From the NCBI GenBank assembly GCA_002396805.1, contig DGYW01000046.1, positions 5,811-53,487 on the forward strand: a stretch of DNA of 47,677 nt, in the 5' to 3' direction. This stretch comes from Firmicutes bacterium UBA4996 (GTDB lineage Bacteria; Bacillota; Limnochordia; Darwinibacteriales; Darwinibacteriaceae). Shown here one piece after another: positions 27,692-37,835 of the stretch (the stretch's first letter is position 1; each line of letters starts with the position of its first letter). Made by a program: the position numbers and the translations under genes. Under the pieces are notes generated by a model. That model had not been told where the DNA came from. It ran no database searches and saw nothing but the letters and a program-made list of their open reading frames with translations.

Positions 27692-28993
27692 TTATTTGTT
27701 GTAACCGAGTAATTCATCAACATAGGCTTGACCAGCAGCGGCCACGGCGTTCATGGCCTCAGCAGCGGTTTTTTCGCCTAACATAACCTTGTTATAACCC
27801 TCGTTGATAACATCAGCAGAGACCAATGGCCACTGCAATAATTCGCCCTCTTTCGCATAGGTGCTGAGGACCTCAGCAAGAATGCGAGCTCCCTTGGCAT
27901 CAGGTGCCCACTGAGCTACGCGTTTTTCCACCATGCCTTCAGTTTCAGCCACGATGTCTTCACTTCTTTGTAAGAAGTCAACTAAGGCGATCATGGCCTC
28001 TGGTTGGGCTACGTTAGAAGGAAGTACATAGGTTTCAAACCAACCGGTATACAAGGTGTTCTTACCTTGGGGTCCCTTGGGAAGTGGTAGAATACCGTAA
28101 TTTACACCGTGAGAACCGTCGGCGAAACCATCAATTCTCCAGCCCTCACCAAAACCAATAGCGGCGTTACCCTGCTCAAACGGAGCCATACCGCCGGGGG
28201 CTAGAACTTTGTCTACATTTCTTAATTGAGCACCAAACTCTAGTCCTTGGAGAATACGCTCAGAGTTCCAGTTATACTTGTAGCGACCATTTTCGTCGAG
28301 AACGTAAATGTTGTCGCCATTACTGATGGTAAGGAAAGCCCATACATACATGTTGGCGATTCCCCATTGATCGTTAGTACCATCGTTGTCGAAGTCAATT
28401 GTTGTGGCCAAAGCAACTTCACGCAGTAGATCCCAAGTCCAGTTGCCCGCTAAGTACTCATCGTAGAGGTCGGGTAAACCAGCTTCTTCAATAATGTCTT
28501 TGTTGAAAAGGGCAAAATAGGAGCTACCAGCATCAGCAAAGGATGGGAAAAGTGCTACCGCATAGCGGTCACCGCCTAGCGAAAACGCATCGATTCCCGC
28601 AGCTGCAACGTCCAAGGCCTCGCGATAATACTCTTGATCACCAATGGTCTTGGTAATTGAAAGTAGGGCATCTTGCGCTGCTAAAGACAAGAACCAATCC
28701 ATACCTTGAGTCATTCTCCAGACGTCGTACTCAGAGTCACCACTGATTAGGCGAGCGGTTAGAGCTTCTTGATAGTTCTCTTGGTCGAGAATAATTCTTT
28801 CGATTTTCACATTAAAGAGCTCTTCTGCCTGCGCTAATGTGCCACCCTTTTCGGGACCTTCCAAATTATCAACCCAACCGACAAAGGTAACAGTCTTGCC
28901 GCCAAAGTCATACTGCTGAGCAAGAACAGGAAGTGCCGACAAACCCAACACCAACACTAATGCAATAACGAGACTTTTTTGCAGAGATTTCAT
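27692..28993 (-). CDS. Carbohydrate ABC substrate-binding protein (family 1)
   Basis: Signal peptide ...PVLA|QQ, YDFGG, FNKDII, GNWTWD, DFDNDG loop, YGILPLPKGP. Confidence 0.88.
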   Translation of the reverse strand: MKSLQKSLVIALVLVLGLSALPVLAQQYDFGGKTVTFVGWVDNLEGPEKGGTLAQAEELFNVKIERIILDQENYQEALTARLISGDSEYDVWRMTQGMDWFLSLAAQDALLSITKTIGDQEYYREALDVAAAGIDAFSLGGDRYAVALFPSFADAGSSYFALFNKDIIEEAGLPDLYDEYLAGNWTWDLLREVALATTIDFDNDGTNDQWGIANMYVWAFLTISNGDNIYVLDENGRYKYNWNSERILQGLEFGAQLRNVDKVLAPGGMAPFEQGNAAIGFGEGWRIDGFADGSHGVNYGILPLPKGPQGKNTLYTGWFETYVLPSNVAQPEAMIALVDFLQRSEDIVAETEGMVEKRVAQWAPDAKGARILAEVLSTYAKEGELLQWPLVSADVINEGYNKVMLGEKTAAEAMNAVAAAGQAYVDELLGYNK

Positions 28994-29137
28994 GTTAATC
29001 CTCCTTTTCTTGTACCAAGCTATACATCACATGTACCACACTCTCGCCACCACTGAAACGGACATCACTCCCTTCGGAATAGTCTAGTAACCGTTTTACG
29101 AAAACGTGGTACGGAGTTATCACCATACAAGTTATAA

Positions 29138-29165
29138 ATTCAACGCCCAGTTATAAAAATCCTGC
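29138..29165 (-). promoter_or_regulatory. Internal sigma-H-like promoter upstream of the small SBP
   Basis: Minus strand GCAGGATTT...(N18)...GAAT in a 213-bp intergenic gap. Confidence 0.55.
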
Positions 29166-29206
29166 TTTACCCTTCATTATTTTAACTAATTTCTCCTAAT
29201 TTTACC

Positions 29207-30136
29207 CTAACCCACCAGACCGGTGCGCTCAATGCTTTCTACAAAGTACTGTTGCAAGACCGCGTACATAAGCAGCAAGGGGGCAATCATGAGCATACTG
29301 CCTGCATTAACAATGAGTGAGAAGTATTGCACATCTGTCATCTCCAGATAAGCCGCCAGACTCCGGGATAGATTACTCAAAGCCACAGGCAAAAAGTTGC
29401 TGTCCAAGTAAAGAGTGGTTAGAAAAGAATCATTCCACTGCCAGACAAACCCGAAGAGAAAAACAATCACCATTGAAGGAGTGGCACTGGGTAACATGAT
29501 GCGGATAAAGGTTTTGAGCGGGCCAGCCCCATCCACATAAGCCGCCTCTTCAAGGTTTTTAGGCATACCGGAGAAAAACTGACGCATCACCAGAATATAT
29601 AGCCCATTGCGCAAGCCCGTACCAGTCACGGCCGTGAGCAAGAAGGGCCAATAGGAGCCCATGAGATTTAGACCACCATTGGGTAAGAGACCATAAAGGT
29701 TGAAAAAACGCCAGTTTAGATAAAGTGGAACCATCATCATTTGCGGAGGCACAACCAACGTGAAAATGGCCGCGGCCAGGATGAGGTTTCTCCCTCGAAA
29801 CTCAAAGCGAGCTAAACCATAACCAACCACCGTGCTAGAAACCAACTGCAAGAAGGCCACCAAAAATGACAAGAACAGTGAATTGAGAAAAACCTTTGGA
29901 AAATTCATCACTTCTATTGCCAAACGATAATTATCTAGGGTAGGATGCTTAGGAATCCAGTTAACGGTCTGATCACCCAAATCACGCATAGGCATGAAGG
30001 ATGAGGAGATTTTTGTTAAGACTGGAAACAAGATAATATAAGAAATGCCCACGATCAACACAAACCGAAAGACACTGATGGAAAATTGCGATGATCGATA
30101 ACTAAATGCTTGTCGCCGTTCTTTTGTTAACAACAT
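29207..30136 (-). CDS. Carbohydrate ABC permease (MalG-like), pair 2
   Basis: PTLDNY, GYGLARFEFRGR, MRQFF..PKNLEEAAYVDGA, WQWND, QQYFVE. The start may instead be 30157 (ATGA overlap). Confidence 0.92.
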   Translation of the reverse strand: MLLTKERRQAFSYRSSQFSISVFRFVLIVGISYIILFPVLTKISSSFMPMRDLGDQTVNWIPKHPTLDNYRLAIEVMNFPKVFLNSLFLSFLVAFLQLVSSTVVGYGLARFEFRGRNLILAAAIFTLVVPPQMMMVPLYLNWRFFNLYGLLPNGGLNLMGSYWPFLLTAVTGTGLRNGLYILVMRQFFSGMPKNLEEAAYVDGAGPLKTFIRIMLPSATPSMVIVFLFGFVWQWNDSFLTTLYLDSNFLPVALSNLSRSLAAYLEMTDVQYFSLIVNAGSMLMIAPLLLMYAVLQQYFVESIERTGLVG

Positions 30137-30153
30137 GGCTTTCTCCCCTTTCC

Positions 30154-31044
30154 TCATTCCTGATAAAATACAAAGCGTGACATAATAGCCACAACGACCG
30201 CTAAGACAACAGCCACCGCCCCAAAGTACATAACACCCATTGCCGTACCAATCCCAAAGCCGGCGCCTCCAAAGGCGGTACTCCGAATGTAAACCACCAG
30301 CTCATTATTGGCAGCCAAGAACGAATCGATGATCGAGTAAACTACATTCGCCAAAATAATAGGGCTCATAATCGGAAGAGTAATCAGCCAAAAAGACTGC
30401 CAACCAGATGCCCCTTCCACTTTGGCAGCCTCATAGAGGGAGCCCGAAATGGACTGCAAACCAGCTAGAAAAATCAAGATTTGAATCCCTGAAGCCCGAA
30501 TGATCTCCGGGACCCGGTCCACCACATTGATCACGTAGGTCATGAGCTGATAAGGAATTTTCAGTTGCATCAAAAAGTTTGTCAAGGCTGGCCCCGACAT
30601 AAAGCTACCAAAGGCATTGGCTGACTGCTCCATCATGGTCCGCATGTAATCTGTTTGCTCGAGAGCTAAAACTACACCAGAACCCAAAATCACCGGTAAA
30701 AAGAAGATGGAACGAGCCAATAGGCGACCTCGGAATTTGTGGTTGAGCAAAATAGCCGCAAAGAAGCTAAACAAAATGATCGCAGGTACGTCCAAGAGCA
30801 TCCGCAAGAAAGTCTCCACAAAAGTAGGAACGAACTTAGTGTCCACCGTCAAGGCGTAACGATAGTTTTCCCACTTTGTAAAAACTAGTTCATAGCCTCC
30901 CCTCACAATTACCAGCCTGTGCAGGCTAAAAATCAAAGCTTGGATGAAGGGCGCTAGAAAGAAGAAGATGAACCCTATGATAAAAGGAAGTGAGAAAAGA
31001 TAGCCCGTTAAAGCCTTTTGCTGCCTAAGTGATAGCTTTTTCAT
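30154..31044 (-). CDS. Carbohydrate ABC permease (MalF/UgpA-like), pair 2
   Basis: GYLFSLPFIIG, RSIFFLPVI, FLAGLQSI..SLYEAAKVEGA, ITLP. ATG 31044 overlaps the upstream stop (ATGA) and follows GAAAGGAG. Confidence 0.92.
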   Translation of the reverse strand: MKKLSLRQQKALTGYLFSLPFIIGFIFFFLAPFIQALIFSLHRLVIVRGGYELVFTKWENYRYALTVDTKFVPTFVETFLRMLLDVPAIILFSFFAAILLNHKFRGRLLARSIFFLPVILGSGVVLALEQTDYMRTMMEQSANAFGSFMSGPALTNFLMQLKIPYQLMTYVINVVDRVPEIIRASGIQILIFLAGLQSISGSLYEAAKVEGASGWQSFWLITLPIMSPIILANVVYSIIDSFLAANNELVVYIRSTAFGGAGFGIGTAMGVMYFGAVAVVLAVVVAIMSRFVFYQE

Positions 31045-33809
31045 CGCTCGAGGCTCCTTTCTACAACGATATAACCCTGACCTAGAATGTGTTGGCCACG
31101 CCACCACACCCCTTCAGCATTATAGTTGACGATTATCTCCACACCATTCTCATACGTTGTTCTGAAGACTAAAGGTCGTAATTCTTCGTGGTTGACTATT
31201 ACCTGACCCCGTACCTTGGCCAACACAGGAGCTACCTCTTGATAGAGGGCCAAGCCGGCATCACTCAAATCGGCGTAATTGATGGCCAATAGGTGCTCAA
31301 AATCAGTTCCTTTAATGAGCGATGAGTCACCTAGAGCCCAGCGAAAGAACGGCAGTTCACCTGTTTCAAGACTACGTAACAAATCGTTCCGGGTAATGCC
31401 CCCTTCGTTATAAGGCTGACTAGAGTAATCAACATAGCCATGGAGCACCATCTGATAAAATGGCACATGTTGATCAATAATCAACAGGGGACTAACGGCT
31501 GTAGGAGCTTCCACAACTTGCGTTGCATAGGGAATAACTGCGGCGTTACCCCCCACTACCATCATGGTCCTTCCCGAAGCTTGGATTTTCTCCATCTGCT
31601 TTAGAGCAATTGAAAGAGCTTCCGGACGATGGACCATCTGATCGGCCTTATCAATAAAGTCAGAATAGACATCCTTGCCCAAAGTACGTAAGGCCAGGTT
31701 AGCACCGTCATAGGGGGCTAGATATTGTAAGAAACTGTCCACTAAGCTACCTAACACTCGAGGCGAAACAGCGTAAGCCTCACGTTCGAGGATCCTCTGA
31801 AAGGTGGCTAGGTTGTAGTCCCAGATCTTCACTGCGGTGCGATTCAAATGGCGTGATGCATCACGGCCAGACCTAAAACCATCAAAGATGCTGTCTCGGT
31901 AAACCGTATTAAAGTCCACATCCAAGTATAGTTCCACTTGCCTGTCAGTAACATATTTGAGCAAATCCCGGAAATCTTGGGCACTGCCTAAAGTCTTCTC
32001 CAAACTCACCCGATCAGGGTAGGAGTGCTCAATTCCTCCTTTGGACCAACCAAGATAACGTACTCTAACCTGGGGAACTCCTTTTTTCTCAAGATCATCC
32101 AATATAGTGACCAGACCCTTGTAGGTTGTCATGGGACGAATTACCTCTCGGGGAGCACCATAGACTGGTTCGAAGTCATGGAATCCGCCCACAACTTCTA
32201 CTACTAAGGGAACCTCACTGGTCGGCTCGATCCTTTGAAGTCCATATCTTTGCACCAAGTAATCGCGATAGCTCTGGGCCATCCCCACATAATTGGCCTG
32301 ATTGCCAGTGAGAAAAACAATGCGCTCCGTAATGTCGCCTCCATAAGGCACGACTGCATAGGCATCCACCATTTTGTTATCCAAGGAAGATTCAACGCCA
32401 AAGAGAGTGATCGAGGCCCGCGGGGTAAGAGCAAAACGTGCATAGACCTTAGCAAAGGACTCACTACGACCAGCGCTTTCTCCATTAATGTAGGCCAGAG
32501 TTTCTCCCTCTTCAATTATGGTGAAGAATGCTTTGTCCCGTTCTTTCAAACCAAAAACGGGCATGCGAATCTGTGGCCCTTGCGCGATCTTTTCAACCTG
32601 TGGAGCAATAGAGCGATCTACCCCATATATAGAACCGGAATAAGCTGGGAGACTATTCTTTTTTGGATTAGTTATTTGGATTAACGCACCCGAACGCTCC
32701 GGAACAAAGATATATCCCTCAGCACTTTCGTGGGCCACCCCAAAGTAGGGTAAAAGATCGATGGAGTACGGGAAGAATGTCTCGGGAACTCCTTTATCAT
32801 TCGGTATATTAATGGGGTAGCGAATTTCACCGGCCGGTACAGTTGCAACAAGACTAGGACCATCCAGCTTGAGTACTAGTGGTACCTGAAAAACCTGTGG
32901 ATTTGGCCGCGGTGGATCAATATTGTGCAGCTGATGATCCTCGCCCACGTCACGAGGGGTGTAGCCCAAATCAGAAAAGATCCGGGCAAACTCCGGGCGA
33001 TTATAGACCGCATATGTCTCATCTAAGAGCGCGTAAAAGGGCCCATTGAAGACAAACTCAAAATCCTTCTTGGTGAGTAGCCCCCGTCGTTCCACATCGG
33101 CGCGGTTGCCTACCATGGTGTCCGCCAAATGTTCAAGGTAAATCTTCGTTCGTTCGTGGGGCTCATCCCGCAAGCCCAACTTCTTCTGTAAGAGGCTTCC
33201 ACTGAGGAGCTGAATCTCATGATTGCCAAAAATGTCCCTTAAGTCCAAACCAAAAACCGATACTCTATCGTAGGGATACTCTGTCTTTTCTTCAAAGGAT
33301 AAAAGGCTATAAGAGTCTAGCAAAATCTTCTGGTCAAAAGAATCCTCAACTCTCTCTAAAAGTGCCTCAAACTTATCCTTAGCGATAAAAATGGGATAAT
33401 GAGCACTTTCAGACCACATTTTCCCTAAGGTGAAATCAAAACGTACCTCCTCAGGCGTGATGCTCACAGCAAACTCTTCATTGAGCACACTATCTCCATA
33501 GGAGTTTAGGGATTTGCCCTCCCGGGTTGGGGTGAAGTAGTTGAGGTTGATCAAAGAACGCATAGCGTTGCGGGCATTACCCCGTTTGATCCGTTCCAAA
33601 TTGAGGTTTTGTGGCGTGCTAAACCACACCTCTCCACTTTCAATATCTTCTACTGCAAACTCCGCAGTTTCCTCTTGCACATAAAGACGCAAGAACTCGT
33701 TTTCCTGTGCTAAGGTATACTTTTGGAGATTAGCCGCCCAAGCTAGCGAAGACAGTCCGTTCACAAGTACTACGCATAACAGTAGGTATTTCCAAAACCG
33801 TTTTTTCAC
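31041..33809 (-). CDS. Large secreted DUF5696-like protein
   Basis: Signal peptide ...AWA, GYIFVPERSGALI, MPVFG, GWSKGG, VPFYQMVLHGYVDYS, TTYENG..IIVNYN. Motifs and gene context recognised from memory. Confidence 0.75.
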   Translation of the reverse strand: MKKRFWKYLLLCVVLVNGLSSLAWAANLQKYTLAQENEFLRLYVQEETAEFAVEDIESGEVWFSTPQNLNLERIKRGNARNAMRSLINLNYFTPTREGKSLNSYGDSVLNEEFAVSITPEEVRFDFTLGKMWSESAHYPIFIAKDKFEALLERVEDSFDQKILLDSYSLLSFEEKTEYPYDRVSVFGLDLRDIFGNHEIQLLSGSLLQKKLGLRDEPHERTKIYLEHLADTMVGNRADVERRGLLTKKDFEFVFNGPFYALLDETYAVYNRPEFARIFSDLGYTPRDVGEDHQLHNIDPPRPNPQVFQVPLVLKLDGPSLVATVPAGEIRYPINIPNDKGVPETFFPYSIDLLPYFGVAHESAEGYIFVPERSGALIQITNPKKNSLPAYSGSIYGVDRSIAPQVEKIAQGPQIRMPVFGLKERDKAFFTIIEEGETLAYINGESAGRSESFAKVYARFALTPRASITLFGVESSLDNKMVDAYAVVPYGGDITERIVFLTGNQANYVGMAQSYRDYLVQRYGLQRIEPTSEVPLVVEVVGGFHDFEPVYGAPREVIRPMTTYKGLVTILDDLEKKGVPQVRVRYLGWSKGGIEHSYPDRVSLEKTLGSAQDFRDLLKYVTDRQVELYLDVDFNTVYRDSIFDGFRSGRDASRHLNRTAVKIWDYNLATFQRILEREAYAVSPRVLGSLVDSFLQYLAPYDGANLALRTLGKDVYSDFIDKADQMVHRPEALSIALKQMEKIQASGRTMMVVGGNAAVIPYATQVVEAPTAVSPLLIIDQHVPFYQMVLHGYVDYSSQPYNEGGITRNDLLRSLETGELPFFRWALGDSSLIKGTDFEHLLAINYADLSDAGLALYQEVAPVLAKVRGQVIVNHEELRPLVFRTTYENGVEIIVNYNAEGVWWRGQHILGQGYIVVERSLER

Positions 33810-33824
33810 CGTCGCTAACCTCCT

Positions 33825-35963
33825 TTATAATCTAAACGTGATCTCGGTGTAGATCGAATCAATGAACCCATACAACTGGGCAATAACGTTGAGGAAGAGC
33901 AAGGTCAAAAAGATCACTACCCCCATGCCTACGCCAGTTAGAATACTGGTCAACACGTTTTTCCCTAGCTCGTATTGGTGAGTAATCATGGTGCCCATGA
34001 AAATCAAGAGGGCTGTCCAAAGCACTGCAAAGGTATTGAAGAGATAATAAAAGGCACCTTCGTCTAAAGTGATCATCCGGCTAACCAAGATCAAGGGTAG
34101 GTTAATGACAATAATGGGCATTAAGGCATAGGCCGTAGCAATGTAAATGTCCTTAAACGTCCCCTTACCTTCCATCAAACTGGTTAGACCTAAGTTCACC
34201 CCACACCATAGGAAGAAGGGAATGAGCACGCTAGCCATTTCCAGATAAATATTGAGTCGCTTTGCTTCACTCCAGTTAAAGAGAAAGCCCGTATACTGTC
34301 TAATCAAGACGTAAGTTAATACCACGCCGCCCAAGATCAGAGTCGCGGACCAGACATTACCCCGCTTTTCGTGTTTTAAGTCCCAAAATCCATCTGCGGG
34401 GTGGGTCATGACCCAAAAGGCATAGGCTAAACTTTGCAAGAATGCTCTTCCCTTGTGATCACTTATTTCATAAGCCAGACCTTGGTAACCGCTGGCCCTT
34501 TGTCTTTGCCAATTCTTCCAAACCTTAGAGATAACCTTGCTGAGGATAATCACAAGCAATAATCCACCCATGAGGTAGGAGAAATTAGCATCGATCCAAT
34601 CGCGACGATACAAGGCTAAAGCTTGAGAATAACCTTGGCGATCATTGCCCAGCTTGTAAGTTTCCATAGCTTCTCTAAATTTACCCTGTCTGAGCAGAGA
34701 GCGGCCGATACCGCTGTAAGCTAAATCCAGGTTAGGATTACGATGCAATACTTCAGTCCATACTTGAGCTGAGCCATCATAGTCACCCGTTTGATAGAGG
34801 TCTATAGCTTGGTGAATGAGAAGCGCGTATTCGGTAGGCTCTAAAACCGAAATTAAATTGGTACGACGATCCAAAACCAACAAGTGATTGTCTACAACAT
34901 CAATGGCTGCAGGAACACGAAAACTGGCCTTTTCAAAAGCAACATTACCAAAAGCGTAGAGCAAATTACCGTTATCATCATAGGTAAAAATTCGACCACG
35001 GGTGAGATCCACCACGCTGTAAATACCATTTTCGCGCACCACTATATCCACTAAGGCTGATCTACCAACCACAGTAGCAAAAGGATTACCGGTTCGTTCA
35101 ATATAATCGACATCAGCCATAGGCGGTGCAAAACCACCTGCGCGCCGCCGTAAAACATCATCACCCGCGGGGTTTAATCTACGAATAACCTGCTTAATGT
35201 TGGTTTGTCCCCGCATGAGTGTGGTGTAAATAAATCCTTTATCATCAATATCAGCATTACTGTATTCTGTAGGAACAAAAATAATCGAACGTTCCTTTTG
35301 GGCGTCGGTCATTACCTTACGCCAAAAGTATTGCCAAGGATTAGGATTAACCCGCGGAGCTCCAATGTAGCCGCTGAAAATGCCATTTTCATCAAACTCC
35401 ATCAAGCCTTCCAAAACACCTTCAGCTATTACATAAATCCGTCCTACCTTATCTACAACTAACTTTAGGGGACGAAAACGGAAATCGGCGGGAATTAATT
35501 CTTGATCGGTAGGGTTGTGAATGATTCGGATCAACTCACCAGCTCCATCAAGAATCACAATCCGGCGATTATCATAATCGGCAACATAAAGCTCTTCCGC
35601 GTCAGTCACAAAGAGTCCCGTAGGTGTGGCAAACTTATCTACTAGATCACCATTTTGAAACTCGGTAATCACCCGGTCTACCTCGAAATTGCGATCAAGG
35701 ACCACAATTCGGTTGTTTCCACTATCTGCAATATAGATATTCTGATTAGGAGACACCACTAGATCCTGTGGCTCTCTAAAAGCGCCCACACCTAAATCTA
35801 CACCATAGATCTCCCGAACCGCATCATACACATTCGGACCCGGTACTGCCTCACCAGAGATATTGTAGGTATAGCTGCCTTGTGCCCAGACAATACCCGG
35901 GACTACACCGAAGGCTAAGATCAGCACTAGGAAGCATATTTGACTTACTCGTAATGGCTTCAA
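33825..35963 (-). CDS. NHL-repeat + TPR + Yip1-domain membrane fusion protein
   Basis: Signal peptide. NHL-like repeats FREPQDL..IYIADSGNNRI, FATPTGL..LYVADYDNRRI, FRPLKLVVD and FRVPAAI. TPR LAYSGIGRSLLRQGKFREA, a TM helix, then a multi-TM Yip1-like domain starting HPADGFWDLK. Confidence 0.8.
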   Translation of the reverse strand: MKPLRVSQICFLVLILAFGVVPGIVWAQGSYTYNISGEAVPGPNVYDAVREIYGVDLGVGAFREPQDLVVSPNQNIYIADSGNNRIVVLDRNFEVDRVITEFQNGDLVDKFATPTGLFVTDAEELYVADYDNRRIVILDGAGELIRIIHNPTDQELIPADFRFRPLKLVVDKVGRIYVIAEGVLEGLMEFDENGIFSGYIGAPRVNPNPWQYFWRKVMTDAQKERSIIFVPTEYSNADIDDKGFIYTTLMRGQTNIKQVIRRLNPAGDDVLRRRAGGFAPPMADVDYIERTGNPFATVVGRSALVDIVVRENGIYSVVDLTRGRIFTYDDNGNLLYAFGNVAFEKASFRVPAAIDVVDNHLLVLDRRTNLISVLEPTEYALLIHQAIDLYQTGDYDGSAQVWTEVLHRNPNLDLAYSGIGRSLLRQGKFREAMETYKLGNDRQGYSQALALYRRDWIDANFSYLMGGLLLVIILSKVISKVWKNWQRQRASGYQGLAYEISDHKGRAFLQSLAYAFWVMTHPADGFWDLKHEKRGNVWSATLILGGVVLTYVLIRQYTGFLFNWSEAKRLNIYLEMASVLIPFFLWCGVNLGLTSLMEGKGTFKDIYIATAYALMPIIVINLPLILVSRMITLDEGAFYYLFNTFAVLWTALLIFMGTMITHQYELGKNVLTSILTGVGMGVVIFLTLLFLNVIAQLYGFIDSIYTEITFRL

Positions 35964-35983
35964 TTGATTCCCTCCCTTGGCCC

Positions 35984-36847
35984 TTATTTAATCCCAGATG
36001 CGCCCATCGTATCAATAACTTTGCTTTGATTAATCACAAAAACAGTAATGGGAACAATCATCATGATCACCCCAACGGCAGCGCCAACACCTGCACGGGC
36101 AATTCCTCCGCCAATAATCTGGTTTAGGGCATAAGGCAAAGTCTTGAGCTGTTCGCTATAAATAAACTGACCACCAGTCTCACTCCACAAGCTTTGAAAA
36201 GCTAAAATCACTAGCGTGAGCCAGCCAGGTTTGACGTTGGGCATGACGATGCGCCAAAAGATCTTCCACTCGCTAGCACCTTCAATGCGGGCAGCTTCTA
36301 AGAGGGCATTATCAATCATAGCCTCAATAAACTGTTTCATTAAGAAAAGTCCCAAACTCATGGCCCAGGCGGGCAAAATTATGGCCCAATAAGTGTCCAC
36401 CCAGCCCAGCCGCGAGACAATAAGATAGTTGGGAATGTTAGTTACCTCCCGGGCAAACATTAGGGACAAAATTACCACACCGAACATGGCCTTAGAACCA
36501 GGAAAATCGTGTTTAGCCAAAGCATAGGCTGCTAGGGATGCCAAAACCACATGACCAGCAGTGCCAGCTATAGAAATAACCAAAGTGTTCATCACATAAC
36601 GGGAAAAAGGCACCCAAGATGAGGACATGAGTACAAATAAATCGTAAAAGTTGTTCATAGTCGGGTTGCGAACAAAGAACACCGGTGGAAATAAGAACAA
36701 CTCATTTAACGGTTTGAAGGCATTGGAGACTGCATAGACCAAGGGTAGAATAGAAAACAGGGCGCCCGCGGATAAGAAGACCAAGATGGCCAGATCCCCT
36801 CCGAACGAACGACTCGGTTTACTGTTCCAAATCTGTAGTTTCTTCAC
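35984..36847 (-). CDS. Carbohydrate ABC permease (MalG-like), pair 1
   Basis: AFKP, AAYALAK..FPG, FLMKQF, LLEAARIEGA, IVMP. Confidence 0.92.
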   Translation of the reverse strand: MKKLQIWNSKPSRSFGGDLAILVFLSAGALFSILPLVYAVSNAFKPLNELFLFPPVFFVRNPTMNNFYDLFVLMSSSWVPFSRYVMNTLVISIAGTAGHVVLASLAAYALAKHDFPGSKAMFGVVILSLMFAREVTNIPNYLIVSRLGWVDTYWAIILPAWAMSLGLFLMKQFIEAMIDNALLEAARIEGASEWKIFWRIVMPNVKPGWLTLVILAFQSLWSETGGQFIYSEQLKTLPYALNQIIGGGIARAGVGAAVGVIMMIVPITVFVINQSKVIDTMGASGIK

Positions 36848-36859
36848 GTTGTTCCCCCC

Positions 36860-37813
36860 TTAAGCGCCGACTTTGTTTAATACTCTCTGGACCCATCTTT
36901 GAACTACAACCATGGTCACAAATAAAATCACAGCAATAGCTGAAGCTGTGCCCATCTCGAAACGGACATTACCGTAGTCGATCAAGTGAGCTACAATGGT
37001 GTGTCCTGCGTAATCTGTACTGGGAAATCCGACTAATGGAATGATCTGAGCCGCAGCTGTAAAGGATCCCGTAATAGACATAATCGCTCCAAACATGAGA
37101 TAGCCACGCATTTGAGGCAAGGTTATATAAAACAATTCTTGCCAGCGGTTGCGAATTCCGTCCACTGCACCTGCTTCATAAAGCAGGGGATTGATACCTT
37201 GCAGACCGGCTATAAAGGCCAAAAAGCTGGTACCTAGGCTCATCCACAACACCACAACAATTACAACACCCATCATGTATTTCGGGTCTGTGAGCCATTG
37301 GACTGGCTCTTTAATGAATCCCCAGTAGAGCAAAAATCCGTTCACGTACCCATAGGCGTCTCCGCTAAACATCACTGTCCAAATCATAAATAAGGCACCA
37401 GATATGGAAGGAGCATAGAGCATGAGGGTGAAAACTGCACGAATTTTTGGCCTCAGTTCGTTAATAAACCAAGCAAAGAGAAAGCTGGCGAAATAACTCA
37501 ATGGACCCGTGAGCACAGCAAATACAAAGGTGTTTTTCACAGCGATCAAAAAGACGTCATCAGAGAGAAATAATCGTAGATAGTTTTCCCAACCCACCCA
37601 CCGTGGCGGTTGAAGCATGTTGTAATGGGTAAAACTTAATCCAATGGCGATAAACACTGGAATAATCGTAAACAGTAAGAAGAGAATGCCATAAGGTGCA
37701 ATAAACAAGTAGGACACCTTGTTGGCTTTAATTTCTTTCCACAATCGAGCTAGCCGCCCTTCCCTTGGGCTAGTTAGCAATGTGGTTCCTTGTTTTTCGG
37801 TAACCGCTCGCAT
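36860..37813 (-). CDS. Carbohydrate ABC permease (MalF/UgpA-like), pair 1
   Basis: YLFIAPY, WVGWENY, AGLQGI..LYEAGAVDG, ITLPQM, GTASA. Confidence 0.92.
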   Translation of the reverse strand: MRAVTEKQGTTLLTSPREGRLARLWKEIKANKVSYLFIAPYGILFLLFTIIPVFIAIGLSFTHYNMLQPPRWVGWENYLRLFLSDDVFLIAVKNTFVFAVLTGPLSYFASFLFAWFINELRPKIRAVFTLMLYAPSISGALFMIWTVMFSGDAYGYVNGFLLYWGFIKEPVQWLTDPKYMMGVVIVVVLWMSLGTSFLAFIAGLQGINPLLYEAGAVDGIRNRWQELFYITLPQMRGYLMFGAIMSITGSFTAAAQIIPLVGFPSTDYAGHTIVAHLIDYGNVRFEMGTASAIAVILFVTMVVVQRWVQRVLNKVGA

Positions 37814-37835
37814 TTTTACCCCCTGCCTTCTCTGA

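Noticed and set aside
28369-28396. DFDNDGTND EF-hand-like loop in the small SBP as a novel feature
   Set aside because: Dx[DN]xDG calcium loops are common in family 1 sugar-binding proteins.
2563-31107. Longer ORF-track starts for BMP (3669), DppA (8215), Fe-SBP (10008), CadC (12594), NhaC (16143), GH29 (27640) and permease (31107)
   Set aside because: The extensions run through RBS, operator, terminator or upstream gene sequence. The downstream starts have proper RBS spacing and, where relevant, expose signal peptides.
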